From Azolla caroliniana (lineage: Eukaryota > Plantae > Polypodiophyta): a DNA stretch of 64,000 nucleotides. Positions 1 to 11,618 of this stretch are shown here, one piece after another. The stretch covers positions 35,278,001 to 35,342,000 of the forward strand of contig JBHGNT010000001.1 of NCBI GenBank assembly GCA_043228905.1. The letters run 5' to 3'. A program made the translations under genes and the position numbers. The notes beneath the pieces were generated by a model. That model made no database searches, had not been told where the DNA came from, and was given only the letters and a program-made list of their open reading frames with translations. Numbering within the stretch: the first letter of the stretch is position 1; every line of letters starts with the position of its first letter.

Positions 1-633
1 AGTTTTCTGAAGGAAGATTAAATCATAATATGGCAGCATTTTGCTAATTCCATTATAATTTTGGGTGGATTTTTTTATAAAGTTATAGTTATACTTATAT
101 TATCTACATCTATAGATACATATTTATGTGTGTATGTAGGTAGATAGGTATGGAAATATGCTTAATTTATACCGTCAAGTTAGAAACTTTGCTCATATTC
201 CATGTAAAGAAGAAAATAAGAGAAACGTGCAAGATTTCTCTTTCATTCTTCTACATGTTTCTCTCATTTCACTATAATTTTCCTCTTATGTTCATCAAGT
301 TAGAAGATTTTCTCAGCACTACATTTGAAAAGGAGGATTTTCACCACAATTCGGCAATATTTTCTCTACCATTCCACTACTTTCTGTTTCAATTCAATAC
401 AACTTTCTTCTTATGTTCCGTCGAGTTAAAATATCTGCTCACCATTACACTTAAAGAAGACAAAATTGACTGGAAATGCAGCATTTTTCTTTATTTTAGC
501 TATATTTTCCTTCCATTTTTACCAAACGTTTCTCTTATATTTTGACAGAACAGCAATTCTCTTACATTTTTATGCTATAACATTTCAATTCCGTTTACAC
601 ACAACATTTTTTAAAAGGGCAAGATTTTCTTAC

Positions 634-1128
634 TACAGATCCATCTGGATGCTTCAGAAGAGCTCCAGCTCCAGCTTTTCCCGGATTTCCTTTGGAAGCG
701 CCATCAAATTCGAGGCCAAAGATAACCTATATTTATCGCATATATAAAATAAACGCTCCACAAAGAAATGAAATATCACCAAATGTTGAGAAACAAACTT
801 CAGCAGGCATACAGGCAGACATGCATACAGCAGGGAAAATGAAAGTTGAACAAAAATGCTGAGAAAAACTCCCTGAAAGATACAGAAACAGATAGAAAGA
901 GCACAAAAATGTGGTATCAGCAAAGGAATTTCGAAATAAACGCATACTCGATAGAGATGAAAGAGATGCGATGATGTTGATGATCATGATACTATATACC
1001 TCTGTTGTTGTTTCTTCTACTGTTGTTGATTCTTCTACTGCTGTTGTTGAGTCGTCTTCTTTTCGCGACGAAGACTGAGTTTTGCGAGGAAGTTTCTTAC
1101 CTCCACGTTTACTGCTCAGCTTCGCCAT
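634..1128 (-). CDS. RNase H1-type (RNase H domain) protein, first two coding exons; gene continues beyond the left edge
   Basis: Exon 1 1128-1000 (MAKLSSKRGGKK...TTTE, GT donor) splices in phase 0 to exon 2 726-634 (AG acceptor, GTAAG donor). Exon 2 reads VIFGLEFDGASKGNPGKAGAGALLKHPDGSV, the FDGASKGNPG motif of plant RNase H1 proteins. There is an in-frame TAA two codons upstream of the ATG. Confidence 0.8.
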
Positions 1129-1644
1129 TGCTTAAACCCTCTATCTCTTCGTGCGTCCAAAATCAGTGTAAGTGTATGTATATACGTATACATGCATAGA
1201 ATGAACCATACGTAACATACGTGCATTCGCATTCGAGAGTATTCAATCAAACCAAACGTGTATGGTAAATCATCTCAACGTTGGATTGGATTTATACGAT
1301 GGACAAAAAATTTAAGATTGGAATTTCAAAAAATGACTATGGTCTATATTATATATTGATTGAATCAAATGTCAACACAATTGAAAGTTCAAAACTTAGG
1401 ATTACTTAACTACTAACCATTAGAAAGCATGAACATAAAAATCAAATAATTCAAAGACATAATTGTATTGATGATGAGCTCATCTTGCAATTATCGATGT
1501 TCTCATCTCACAACTAGTGAAGGTATCAATTTCTTCACTTTAGAACTTTACAAAAAAATGATTATGAACTATAGAGATTGAATCAAAATATATCATTATA
1601 AATTATAATCAAATGTTCAAAAACTCATAAAACGTATATTCGAG

Positions 1645-2040
1645 AACTTGAACAAAACATGACACTAACATAAAATTTTACTAAACATGACACTAACATA
1701 AAATTTTACTAAACATGACACTAACATAAAATTTTACTAGGACATGACACTAGAGAGAGAGAGAGAGAGATGAGAAAATTGGGATTCAAACCCAATATAT
1801 AATCAATAATAAGACAACAACTTACCACTAGGGTGAGCTAATTTTGAACAATAAAATAATTAGAAGAAGAAACTAACACATAACTTGAACAAAACATGAC
1901 ACTAACATAAAATTTTACTAGGACATGACACTAGAGAGAGAGATGAGAAAATTGGGATTCAAACCCAAGACATAATCAATAATAAGACAACAACTTACCA
2001 CTAGGGTGAGCTAATTTTGAATGATAAAATAAGAAGAAGA
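1645..2040. repeat. ~240 bp direct duplication containing a 28-bp tandem unit and (GA)n
   Basis: AAACATGACACTAACATAAAATTTTACT occurs 3x in the first copy (~1655-1740) and 1x in the second (~1892). Both are followed by (GA)n and GATGAGAAAATTGGGATTCAAACCCAA...TAGGGTGAGCTAATTTTGAA. Confidence 0.9.
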
Positions 2041-2531
2041 AGAAACCAACACATATTTTTTTCCCTTTTTCAAACGTTTGTATGCTTGCACGAACACGTT
2101 TATTACGTTCTATGCGTATATGTATATGTATACACACATACACATATGTCTGAACAGCAACAAAAGAGGCCACGGTGAACGTGCTTGGAGACTCTAAGAC
2201 TTGAAACCTTGAATTCAAAAAATTTGAAGTATTTGGAATCACACTCTACACATGTAGAGATCATCGCCCTTCAAGACAATGCGAGTCAGATTTCGTATAC
2301 CTCTTGGATATCATTATATTTTGTCTCATCACTATCCCTGTCTCACAAACCATCATGCTTCACATCAATTATGTCTATAATAAATTGATTGAACATACAC
2401 CTTACGCATGATGCAGTGTGTGCTAATAGTGTCGCATTTTGGACACATGATGGTGGTCTCGTCTTCCATTTCGTGCAAAAGTGTTTATATTAGCGAGTAA
2501 TGGTTGGCAAGTTGCATTTTGGTGGTGACGT

Positions 2532-3174
2532 TGTCGCGTTGTTACGCGCGTGCGTGTAGAAAGAGGCGGGACCACGGGGGTCTCGGACCAAGGAGAGAGA
2601 GAGAGAGAGAAGTGCACAGAGAGAGATTAAGAGCAAGGAAAACAGGAATCCGATTACTATCGTCAATAGCTTACAACCGGCAACCCGGTAATGGACCCAA
2701 CACGGGGTCCTACTCACGCACACCGACAACAGCCACACGACTCGAAGAAACGAAAGGGGAAAGGGGGAGGAGAGAGACTCTGGTGGAAGCACACAAGTTG
2801 TCCACGAAGCAGAGGCAGCGAACTCCCGACACCCACAGAGAACGACGATCCGAGGAGAGAGGGCTCGGCACTCGGTTCTGCAGCAACACTTTTCCTCGCC
2901 GACGTGTGATCCCCTCTCTTCCTTCTCTCCTCTCCTTAAATAGTTCCCCAAAAGGGAGGGTGCCCTTTTTCCCTAGTCAAATCGCTTTATTCCCTACCCC
3001 CTCTGACATAGATACGCACAATCCCCCCTAATAAATGTGTACTACTTAGTATTTACATCAGCCGATCCATTTATGAATCAACATCAAAATATCAATTCAC
3101 GTGTCCATCCGTGTAAGAGCCGGTTCATGCGCCTTTTTGTCTGATTCCGCCTATGGTTGGTTTTCTTCACGACA
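2532..3174 (-). mobile_element. Probable solo LTR of an LTR retrotransposon
   Basis: GC-rich island in AT-rich DNA. It begins TGTCGCG and ends CACGACA (TG..CA, 6/7 inverted termini) and is flanked by ACGT on both sides (2528-2531, 3175-3178). A TATA-like TATTTAAG lies on the minus strand near 2940. No internal coding domain seen. Confidence 0.55.
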
Positions 3175-3509
3175 ACGTTAAAACTAACACATTTTGGATG
3201 AGTATTTTTCCCGTAGAGTGTTTATGGAGATACTAGAAGTAGATTCCTTATATTCCTAGTTCCTAAAGCCTTTTTGGCTTACGTCACATTGTTGACTAGG
3301 AACCGTTTCCCAAACTTTCAATGTTTTTTCATGCAAGGACCCAAAAGTTTTGCCCTTTCTATCATATAAAGTTGTGTTTGCCTACCTTACATATTTGGGG
3401 GTATGTAGTAATTTGGAGCATGAAAAATGGGTTATTGTTTGATGCTCCCCACAATAGGTACATATATGCAAGAAAGGGTATTTGATTTGGTAATTTCCCC
3501 AACTAAGCT

Positions 3510-3712
3510 TTTTTTGTTTTTGAATGAAAGATACACCTTAGTATATTACTTGAGAAATGTAAATATAGAAAATAGAAGGAGACATTTCATCTCACCTCTA
3601 TTGTAATACAAAGGCTAATACCAGCATCTTATCAAACATATGATATCATATAAGAAACAAGTGGGGCACAAAACTACAAGCTATGCAATAAAAAAGAAGG
3701 TATGGCATAATT
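3510..3712 (-). mobile_element. 5'-truncated non-LTR retroelement 3' end (family A, copy 1)
   Basis: T-rich run at the left (poly-A tail on minus), shared body with the copies at 5.6 and 8.4 kb, and TSD TTCCCCAACTAAGCT at 3495-3509 and 3711-3725. Confidence 0.85.
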
Positions 3713-3864
3713 CCCCAACTAAGCTCGTACTACTTGCCTTTATGTCATTTAGTCATCCAACACATTAGAGAGGTTACCTTTGCATAAGATCATTGTTATC
3801 ATAGTTAGGAGAACGAAGTTTATTTGTATTGTCACATTGTTTTAAGTTACACAATGCTTTTACG

Positions 3865-5170
3865 AGAGAGAGAGAGAGAGAGATTATATTATCATCTTCG
3901 GAGGTCAAATATGACCTATGAGACCAAAAAAATTACATTTCACGTGATACGTGTGAAAGTGAGCAGTGACACTCGATGTTCAAGAACTTTACCCATGAAT
4001 GTTGCAAATCGATAGTACACATTGTGGTTGTGAGAGAAATTCATGCAAGGACTGGGCGTGGTCGAAGATGCGTGGAAAGCATGGTCAAATATGATCAAAG
4101 GCAAAGCATTGTATCAAAGTGTACATAGTCCATCACTCTCATCACTTGTGACCCAACACCCTGTCTCATATCGCAATGCATGTGAGCTAAGTCACATGGA
4201 AGCAATGGTTCAAATAAAAGCCAACGGAATGGGCTCTAACATGTATTGATGTGTACGGTTTCCCTGTTCCGCAAAGAATATGGTTTTGTTGTTAGGTGCA
4301 ACATGTGTAGGATAATGTATGAAACATGAGCCTCCACATTTTTCCCATGTCATGATACATTAGTGTTGCAAAAAGGCATCATTTACATATAGGAATCTAA
4401 TGATGCATCATGAAGCAAATGTGTTGCATCCCATCTACCAAACCATTTTTTCATATCTTGCATCCAACCAGAACACAATTTTTTGCTTTTATGCATCTTT
4501 TGGATCTTTTTGCTTGTTTCCCATGTGATTCTAGGAAGTCGATGTGAGTGCGAGGGACTTTTTTGAACCTTAAGCATGTATTCAACAACTCTTTCCATGG
4601 CCAAGACCTCAATGGGAAGTGATCCCGTCTCAAGGAGGAAGCGGGTGTATGACGTTTGTTTCTTAACTTGTAGAAACTTTGTAAGAAAATGTTTTTGGAC
4701 ATTTTAAAACTCTTTCCAAGTAGATTTGCGGATGCTACCACCCCATACTTCCCCCCCATAGAGAAGCACCAGTGTCACCAAAGTGTCGAAATGGTATTTC
4801 TTGAGAACCCAACACTTAATATCTCCACGATTGCATGTGTTCTCAAATGCATAATATGCTCGCTTTCCCGCCTCTAAGCATCATGTAGCACATTCATTCT
4901 ATCTATGATTTGAAGGAACTTCAAGGCCGAGTTATTTGAAACTTTCCACACATTCAAGTGGCTCATTATTGTGCATAATGCATGGCTTATATCTTTTTTG
5001 GCTCTTCACAATCATAATCTTTGTTTTAGAGCTATTAACAGTTAATTTCATATGCATGCAAATTTTCATATTAACACAACAAGCTTTTGTGCACCTCTTA
5101 TAGTATTTGCAAAAAACACTACATCATCCGCATATAACAAAAGCATAATGACAACATTCCCAATTGCAAA
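3865..5170 (-). mobile_element. Decayed RTE-like LINE (RT C-terminal half and 3' end)
   Basis: Minus strand near 5160-5100 reads GNVVIMLLLYADDVVFFANT (RT YADD motif). Downstream frames are broken. The element ends in a (CT)n microsatellite tail near 3866-3882. Confidence 0.75.
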
Positions 5171-5637
5171 GAGAGAGAGAGAGAGAGAGAGGTTTCCTTT
5201 CCCAAGGTCACATTTTGTTGCTCATCCTTCTCTTGCGATATCACTTATATATTCTACTCAAGCATATATGTGTGTGTGTGTCCCCTCATACCCTTTTTCT
5301 CTCTTTCATATGTTATTCAAGGTCATTTCGATAAAGTTCTACGGGGAAACGCTTTGAGGAAATACAACCAACATTTTGCCTTCTTAATCTTAACCACACA
5401 TGTGCACAAGATATTTTATCACAACATCACTACATGTATGTAACGACAATGATAATATAATGCCTAACGGTTGTGGTGTACTTTAAGAATATTGCTACAT
5501 TAACTATAGAGCTAGACATCGAAACATTCAAAATGCTAAAAGCTAAAACAATGTATCGTTTCTCCTTCAAATAAGCGTAGGTATTATGTACATATGTACA
5601 TGTCTTCTAGTTAATGCCCAACTCCTAAAATACCATT

Positions 5638-6056
5638 TCTTTTTTTTTTAAAGAAAGATGCACCTTACTATATTACTTGAGAAATGTACATAGAGAAATC
5701 AGAAGGAGACATTTCATCTCACTTCTACTGTGATACAAAGGCTAATACCAACATCTGATCAAACAGATGATATCATATAAGAAACAAGTGGAGCAAAAAC
5801 TACGAGCTATGCAACAAAAAAGAAGGTATGGCATAATTCCACCTCAGACCAGAAGTTGTATCTGAAAATAAGTGAAGACCTTGCCATCGCTTCTTAAAGG
5901 CCACTTGACGTTGCCATAGAACATCAGTTGAACCTTGCATATCATCATATTGACCACGTAGTGTATGGACAAATAACAACCAACATTTAGTAAGCATGGT
6001 GCGGAGATGCATGTGAGCATTATTATAAACGACATCACACCTCGCTTTCCATTATT
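5638..6056 (-). mobile_element. 5'-truncated non-LTR retroelement 3' end (family A, copy 2, longest)
   Basis: Poly-T at 5640-5649 and TSD AACTCCTAAAAT(A/G)CCATT at 5620-5637 and 6057-6074. It keeps an open frame (5800-6012, ...LRWNYAIPSFLLHSS*) that resembles a LINE ORF2 C-terminus. Confidence 0.85.
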
Positions 6057-7731
6057 AACTCCTAAAATGCCATTGAGCTACCAATTTTGTACTTTTATTC
6101 AAATTGAACTAGTTCACCAACTTCATTGCATTCACAATGTTCTATGCATAGATGATGATAGTATTGCATGTTAATTTCGTCCCCGTAAATAAAAAAGAAT
6201 AATGATGGCATGATGCAAGCACCATGAACAAATCTTTCCCATGTTAAAAGAACGTCTTTATTGGTTCAAACTTTACATCCTTACTATTTGTGTAATAGAA
6301 TTCATAAAGTTTGAAGTTTCCTCACTAACCCTTATCACTAAATGAAATCATATGTTTCATTTATGAAGGTTGCGTATTAGACACCTTTAATGTTTTGACA
6401 TTACATTGGGTTAAATGAGCTTGTAAGGTGCAATAACATATCTATTTGGTAGATAAAACGCATGAACAAAGGGAGAGATTAACAAGAGAACAATTTCACA
6501 ACATAGGCTTCGTGCATGTTTGTCTAGTATCAATTTTGGAGAATCTCTTGGAAATGTTTGTGGGTCTGAGAACAAAATTAAATTAAGTGGTTTTGGATAT
6601 GACAAGCTAAGGATGATGCCACTTTTGGCTTTAAGTACACATTATTGTATCTTATGTAGTGACTTTCTTGTACACTTCAATTGTAGACATTTGGACCCCA
6701 TGTGCTTGACACATATGCCTTTGACAACGACTACAATGAACTAGCATGAAGTCAACAACCATTGTATCAAAATACACCTTTCCAAGAGGTTTTATTTTCA
6801 TAAATCCATTTTGAGATTAATGTGATCTCTAGTTATACCTTCATTGCATTCACAATATATGGTGTTCCAACCATGATATCTTTCAATGCTCTATATTCTT
6901 TGAGGGAACAAGGTTACAATATTCATTTAAGTGTTCAATCAAAGAAAAATGGATATTTCATGTTGGTCATAATTAAAATAAGATATTGTACAAACTTTAT
7001 AAGATTTTCATGGCACAAGTGGAAGATAATATGATAAAGTGATCCTTCAAGATTCCCAATAGAAAAACACATGTGCACATAACATTGTGCTAATGTGTTT
7101 TTCACTAGAAACGGCTGAATAGAAATGTGATGCATATTTCCAAGGCTCTACTTACACTAATATGCTATTTCCACAAAATAATATGAAGAGAAGGGAAACT
7201 TGATTTACCAGTTTAACAAAACCTAGTTACTCTAATGTTTGAAAGGTAGGTCACTAATATTTATAAAACATAAGTGAAGGGTATGTTCACCAATGTTAGA
7301 AAGGGAGTAATGTGATTGGATAGAAAGAATAGTAGGTGAATGCACTACCATGATCTTGACAACCAATGAACGGAGAGTCTTTTAGAAAAGCACATATATT
7401 CAAGATGCCTATGAAGAAGTGTATATATATGAAGCCTAACCACTCTCATGCAACACATTATATCAAAAGCTTGTCTTGAGACACTAATGGTGCAAGCAAG
7501 TCTTTCGTCGCAACAATTATGTTACCTCTTCTAAGGGACCATTCATCCTAATATTTGTTAGTATCAGACATTAGTGGTAGGTTTGGCTCAAGGGTGGTTG
7601 GTGTTGGGGACAAAGTCTTAAGTGAGTGGATAACAAATCACCCTGGTGTATACTCAAGGACAACAAGTTGATGGATGTAAACAAGATGAATAGAATAGAA
7701 TTAGGACAAACTCTAAGATCAAGAAGATTAA

Positions 7732-7778
<47 letters not shown>

Positions 7779-7894
7779 CCAAGAGGCACACAAGAATGCA
7801 ACTATATTATTCAAAAGTTACAACAGAAAGAATGGTGGCAACATACTACAAACTAGGTTACAAGTTCAATTGTATACTAACTGAGCTAGGGCAA

Positions 7895-9790
7895 CTGCCC
7901 TTTGAGCTTATTACAAATATGGCCTAATCTAGTTTGTCCAAATGGGGCAATGTGAAGGTTTCTCTATTAGTTGGAGAGAAAATATCATTGTATCTATCTT
8001 CAAGAGTGGGGACCCCATTATGTCAAGAAATTATAGGACAATCATGACTGTCCATTACTTGCCCAAACTATATGGCTTGATCTTAGAGTTAGAATTGAGT
8101 GTATCGGCAGAGAGAAATGACTAATGTTTAGTTGGATGGCCCAACTTTCTGCAGGGATCCACAACCTTGGATCACATATTGACACTTTGAGCCCTTATCG
8201 AGGGGCACAAAGCCCATAATAAGAGGATTGATTGTTGTTCGTGGATCTCCGTAAAGCATTCCATGTTGTATCGTGCACTCGACTCATGCAATGATTAGAA
8301 GCCCTTGGTGTCTTTATAGTATGCAATGGAGAATCTATACATTTTATGAATCCATGTTCGGAAAAATGTGGTCTCCAATATCAGAGGTTCTAGCTAGCAC
8401 AAGTGGAGTAAAACAAGGATGCATATTTTTTAAATTTTTTTTCAAGTATATTACTTGAGAAATGTACATATAGAAAATAGAAGGAGACATTTCATCTCAC
8501 CTCTATTGTAAGACAAAAGCTACTACCAACATCTAATCAAATAGATGATATCATATAAGAAACGAATGGAGCACAATCTACAAGCTATGCAATAAAAAAG
8601 AAGGTATGGCATAATTCCACTTCATACCAGAAGTTGTATCTGAAAATAAGTGAAGCTCTCGCTTGCATATTATCACACACTCCCTTTAGTCTCTGTATAG
8701 ATGAGGTATGCCATTACATAGAGAGACTTAGCAGTTCATGGGCATCTCTAGGAAGTATAGCCATACTATATGTTCATGATATTGTGTTGATCTAAACTCT
8801 CTAGCAGGACTACAAGAACATCTAAAAGTCTTAAAAGTATTTTGTAAGAACAAAGGTTTGTTGGTAAACATAGATAACAACATCAAAACTAGAATTCTTC
8901 TTGGGGTAGGAAAAGGTTCCATACATGATCCCACATACTTAGGAGTAACATGCACATGTCATTTGTTCTCCTTGTGGAGGATGCTCGTGTTCAACTCTCT
9001 CGTGGATATGCAACCATTGGTGCACTTGAAAGACCATTTCCACATTTGTAGTTCCAAGAGTCAAATACCAAATTGTGGATATTTGATACACTTGTCACAC
9101 CAACTCTTCTATATGGAGTAGAACCTTGGGACTAAATTGTAATGAGAAAAATAAATGGAAAGATTTAGAGAGACCTTTGGTCTCAGTGATTGTGTACTTG
9201 ATAAAGAAGCAAAGCATAAATGCTCAATGATTTAATACAGATAGAGATGGGAGCAACCCCATATATCATTTTGCCATTATTCCAATGAATGAATACTATC
9301 CAACGTTTTTGGGAGCTCCATAGACAAAGGTACTCAAGGTTGGCACTTATGTCATCAAAACAACTTGTTAAACATGAAGATATTCGTTGTTGGTATGTGA
9401 AAACACAACAATGGTTTGAGTCACATGGAATACGCATACCCCTACTCTCATTCCAACATAGCTTGGGTTGTTCCCATCGAAACGTTACCAAAGTGGAAAG
9501 AATAGATTAATCTAAATTAATCTTATGAACTTGGAAAACCAAAATAACATGGATTAGTTCCACATCTCTTGATAAGAAGTTGACCCATTATGAGACATTT
9601 TCACACACCGAAAGGTGGATTCATCATTAAGCACTCTTACATGCACAAATACCTCTAGAAGAAAGAGTTTGCAATTTGTATGATCGTGAGGTAGAACACT
9701 ATGTTTGTCATTATATTGTGTTTCATGAAATACAAGGGAGATACCATTACCTCTTTAAGCAAAAGGTTTAGCTTACTATGTAAAGTAATG
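7895..9790 (+). mobile_element. Decayed RTE-like LINE reverse transcriptase
   Basis: Fragments WRENIIVSIFKSGDP..NYRTIM, TTLDHILTL, GVKQGC|ILSHTPFSLCIDE (split by an insertion), and LYVHDIVL (degenerate YADD). Many stops and frameshifts. Ends approximate. Confidence 0.8.
8428..8663 (-). mobile_element. 5'-truncated non-LTR retroelement 3' end (family A, copy 3) nested in the RTE-like LINE
   Basis: T-rich tail, family A body, and TSD TGCATATT at 8420-8427 and 8664-8671. It interrupts the GVKQGC-LS RT motif. Confidence 0.8.
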
Positions 9791-11280
9791 GAATATGAGG
9801 ACCAACGATGCTTAGGATTGAAGGGGCACATGGAGAACTTGTTAAAGGACAACAATACAACCACACAAACTCATCAACAAAGAACAATTACAACTTTCTT
9901 TAGCCCCATCACTCCTAATCATGCTATGAGTCAATCAAGGGCTGCACAACGTGGTTACAATAGATGGGGCAATAACAATTTTGTGTGGACATGGGCCCCA
10001 ACTTCGTGGACCTAGTCTCACCACCCTTGTCTCAAAAGATAAAGGCCATTATCTTCCACAAGCACATGCTTCCCTTGGTTCTTAGACCTCTCCATTCTAG
10101 ATTGACCTATGCAAGAGATATTTCAAAGGCAAAAATTACAATATATATTTGTCTTGAGAATCTTACATGTATAGATGACAAGATTCTTTAGTAAGATATT
10201 ATCCTCTCTCTCTCTCTCTAAAGAAAAAGTTATTATTTTGCGAATATAGAATTGTAGTATGCACGGTTGAATTTCGATCGAACATCATCTCATTCCCCTT
10301 TGCATCCTTTTGGATGGACTTGATGCATCATGTTACCTAACAACCAATGCAAATGGTGGACAATATTTCCTATAAGCTTCTAATCACATATTTCAACTCA
10401 ACCCAACCCAATCGTTGCACAAATTCATATATCTCACGATCATAGTGTTCACTCTCAATTGCAACATTCATTGCTAAAGTTCTTGAACATTGAACGGGGG
10501 AGTTGTTTTTTCTTTATCACATAGATCATATTTGAAGAAGAGAATAATAAAAACTATTTATAATGTATTTCGTACCACATTATCGAAGTTGTAAAATAGA
10601 GAGAACCTAAGTTTGATCCTTGTGACAAGCTCAATTATTAATATCTCAGGATCTTTATCTCATCATCTCACATATGCATAGATATACAAAATCCAATGAT
10701 AATTGATAGTGTATAAAGACATCATGCAATTATCACATCGGGGTATCAGTGTCTCAAGTGTGGTTCCCACCAAGTAAGACACCAACACTTTCTCGGGTGC
10801 AAAAAACCCAAAGGATGGGAAAGAGACGAATTCCCCCTAATTACAGGACTTTTAATCAATGGATTTGCTTAACATTAGTATGTTGTTCATAAAAGTGTAA
10901 CGTTCCAATCATATTGTAAGTCCCAATATCAAAACTAAACAAACACAAATTGAAAATGATGAGGAGGCATTGATGTACTCCCTCGCACAAGCTACATCCA
11001 CAAGGAACAAGATTTCTCAAATTATTCATAGTTCCAAAAGGCGACACTCTTTATGTCCCACTTAATCACGCAAATACGTAGGCACACACGCACACATAGT
11101 CACATGTACATTATTTGTTTATTGCTCGAATGTAGTGATGATCAAGGAACTTAAGTTTGAAGAACTCGAACAAATGGATGAGGCGAGCAATGATGTGGAA
11201 GGCCTAAAGATGATTAATATAAACTATTTGAGACAAGCCTAAAGCCCAGGTGAAAAAAATCTATTTTTAAAAAGGGAGAT

Positions 11281-11396
11281 GGGCACGTGCACTCGACGAC
11301 CGGCAAGTGCCCGTCGAAAGCCTTCAAATTTTGACATTTGTTAGCCGACATGGACACACACAAACACCCCACCCACCCATATATATATATAAAGCA
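11281..11396 (+). promoter_or_regulatory. Putative NCED proximal promoter (G-box/ABRE-like, DRE-like, TATA)
   Basis: CACGTG at 11284-11289, GCCGAC at 11344-11349, and (TA)n-TATAAA at ~11380-11393, about 230 bp before the ATG. These are short motifs of untested function. Confidence 0.4.
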
Positions 11397-11618
11397 AAAG
11401 CCTAGTAGTAGTGTTAGGAAGTCCCTCAAGTGAAAAAACAAAATCCAAATCTTCTCTCTCACATGTAAGACATCAATTTGTTTCAATCATTGGCACTCAT
11501 AAATTAGATCACAATTGACTAGTAAACTTTTGCAAATTGAATACCTCAATCGAAATCGAGTAATTGGAATCAAACGAATCACTTACTTGCATGTATATAT
11601 TTAAGTAATTACAACCCA

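Noticed and set aside
150-545. 131 aa ORF and loose ~120 bp periodicity
   Set aside because: AT-rich intron of the RNase H gene with degenerate repeats; the translation has no protein-like features.
1655-1752. 28-bp direct repeats resembling a CRISPR array
   Set aside because: Units are head-to-tail with no unique spacers, there are no cas genes, and the context is eukaryotic.
2490-3031. Overlapping 150-175 aa ORFs, and TCGGACCA resembling the miR166 5' end
   Set aside because: The ORFs are low-complexity products of GC/GA-rich LTR-like DNA. The miR166 match stops after 8 nt and has no star arm.
6080-7860. Possible decayed transposon coding sequence
   Set aside because: No motif or terminus could be recognised with confidence.
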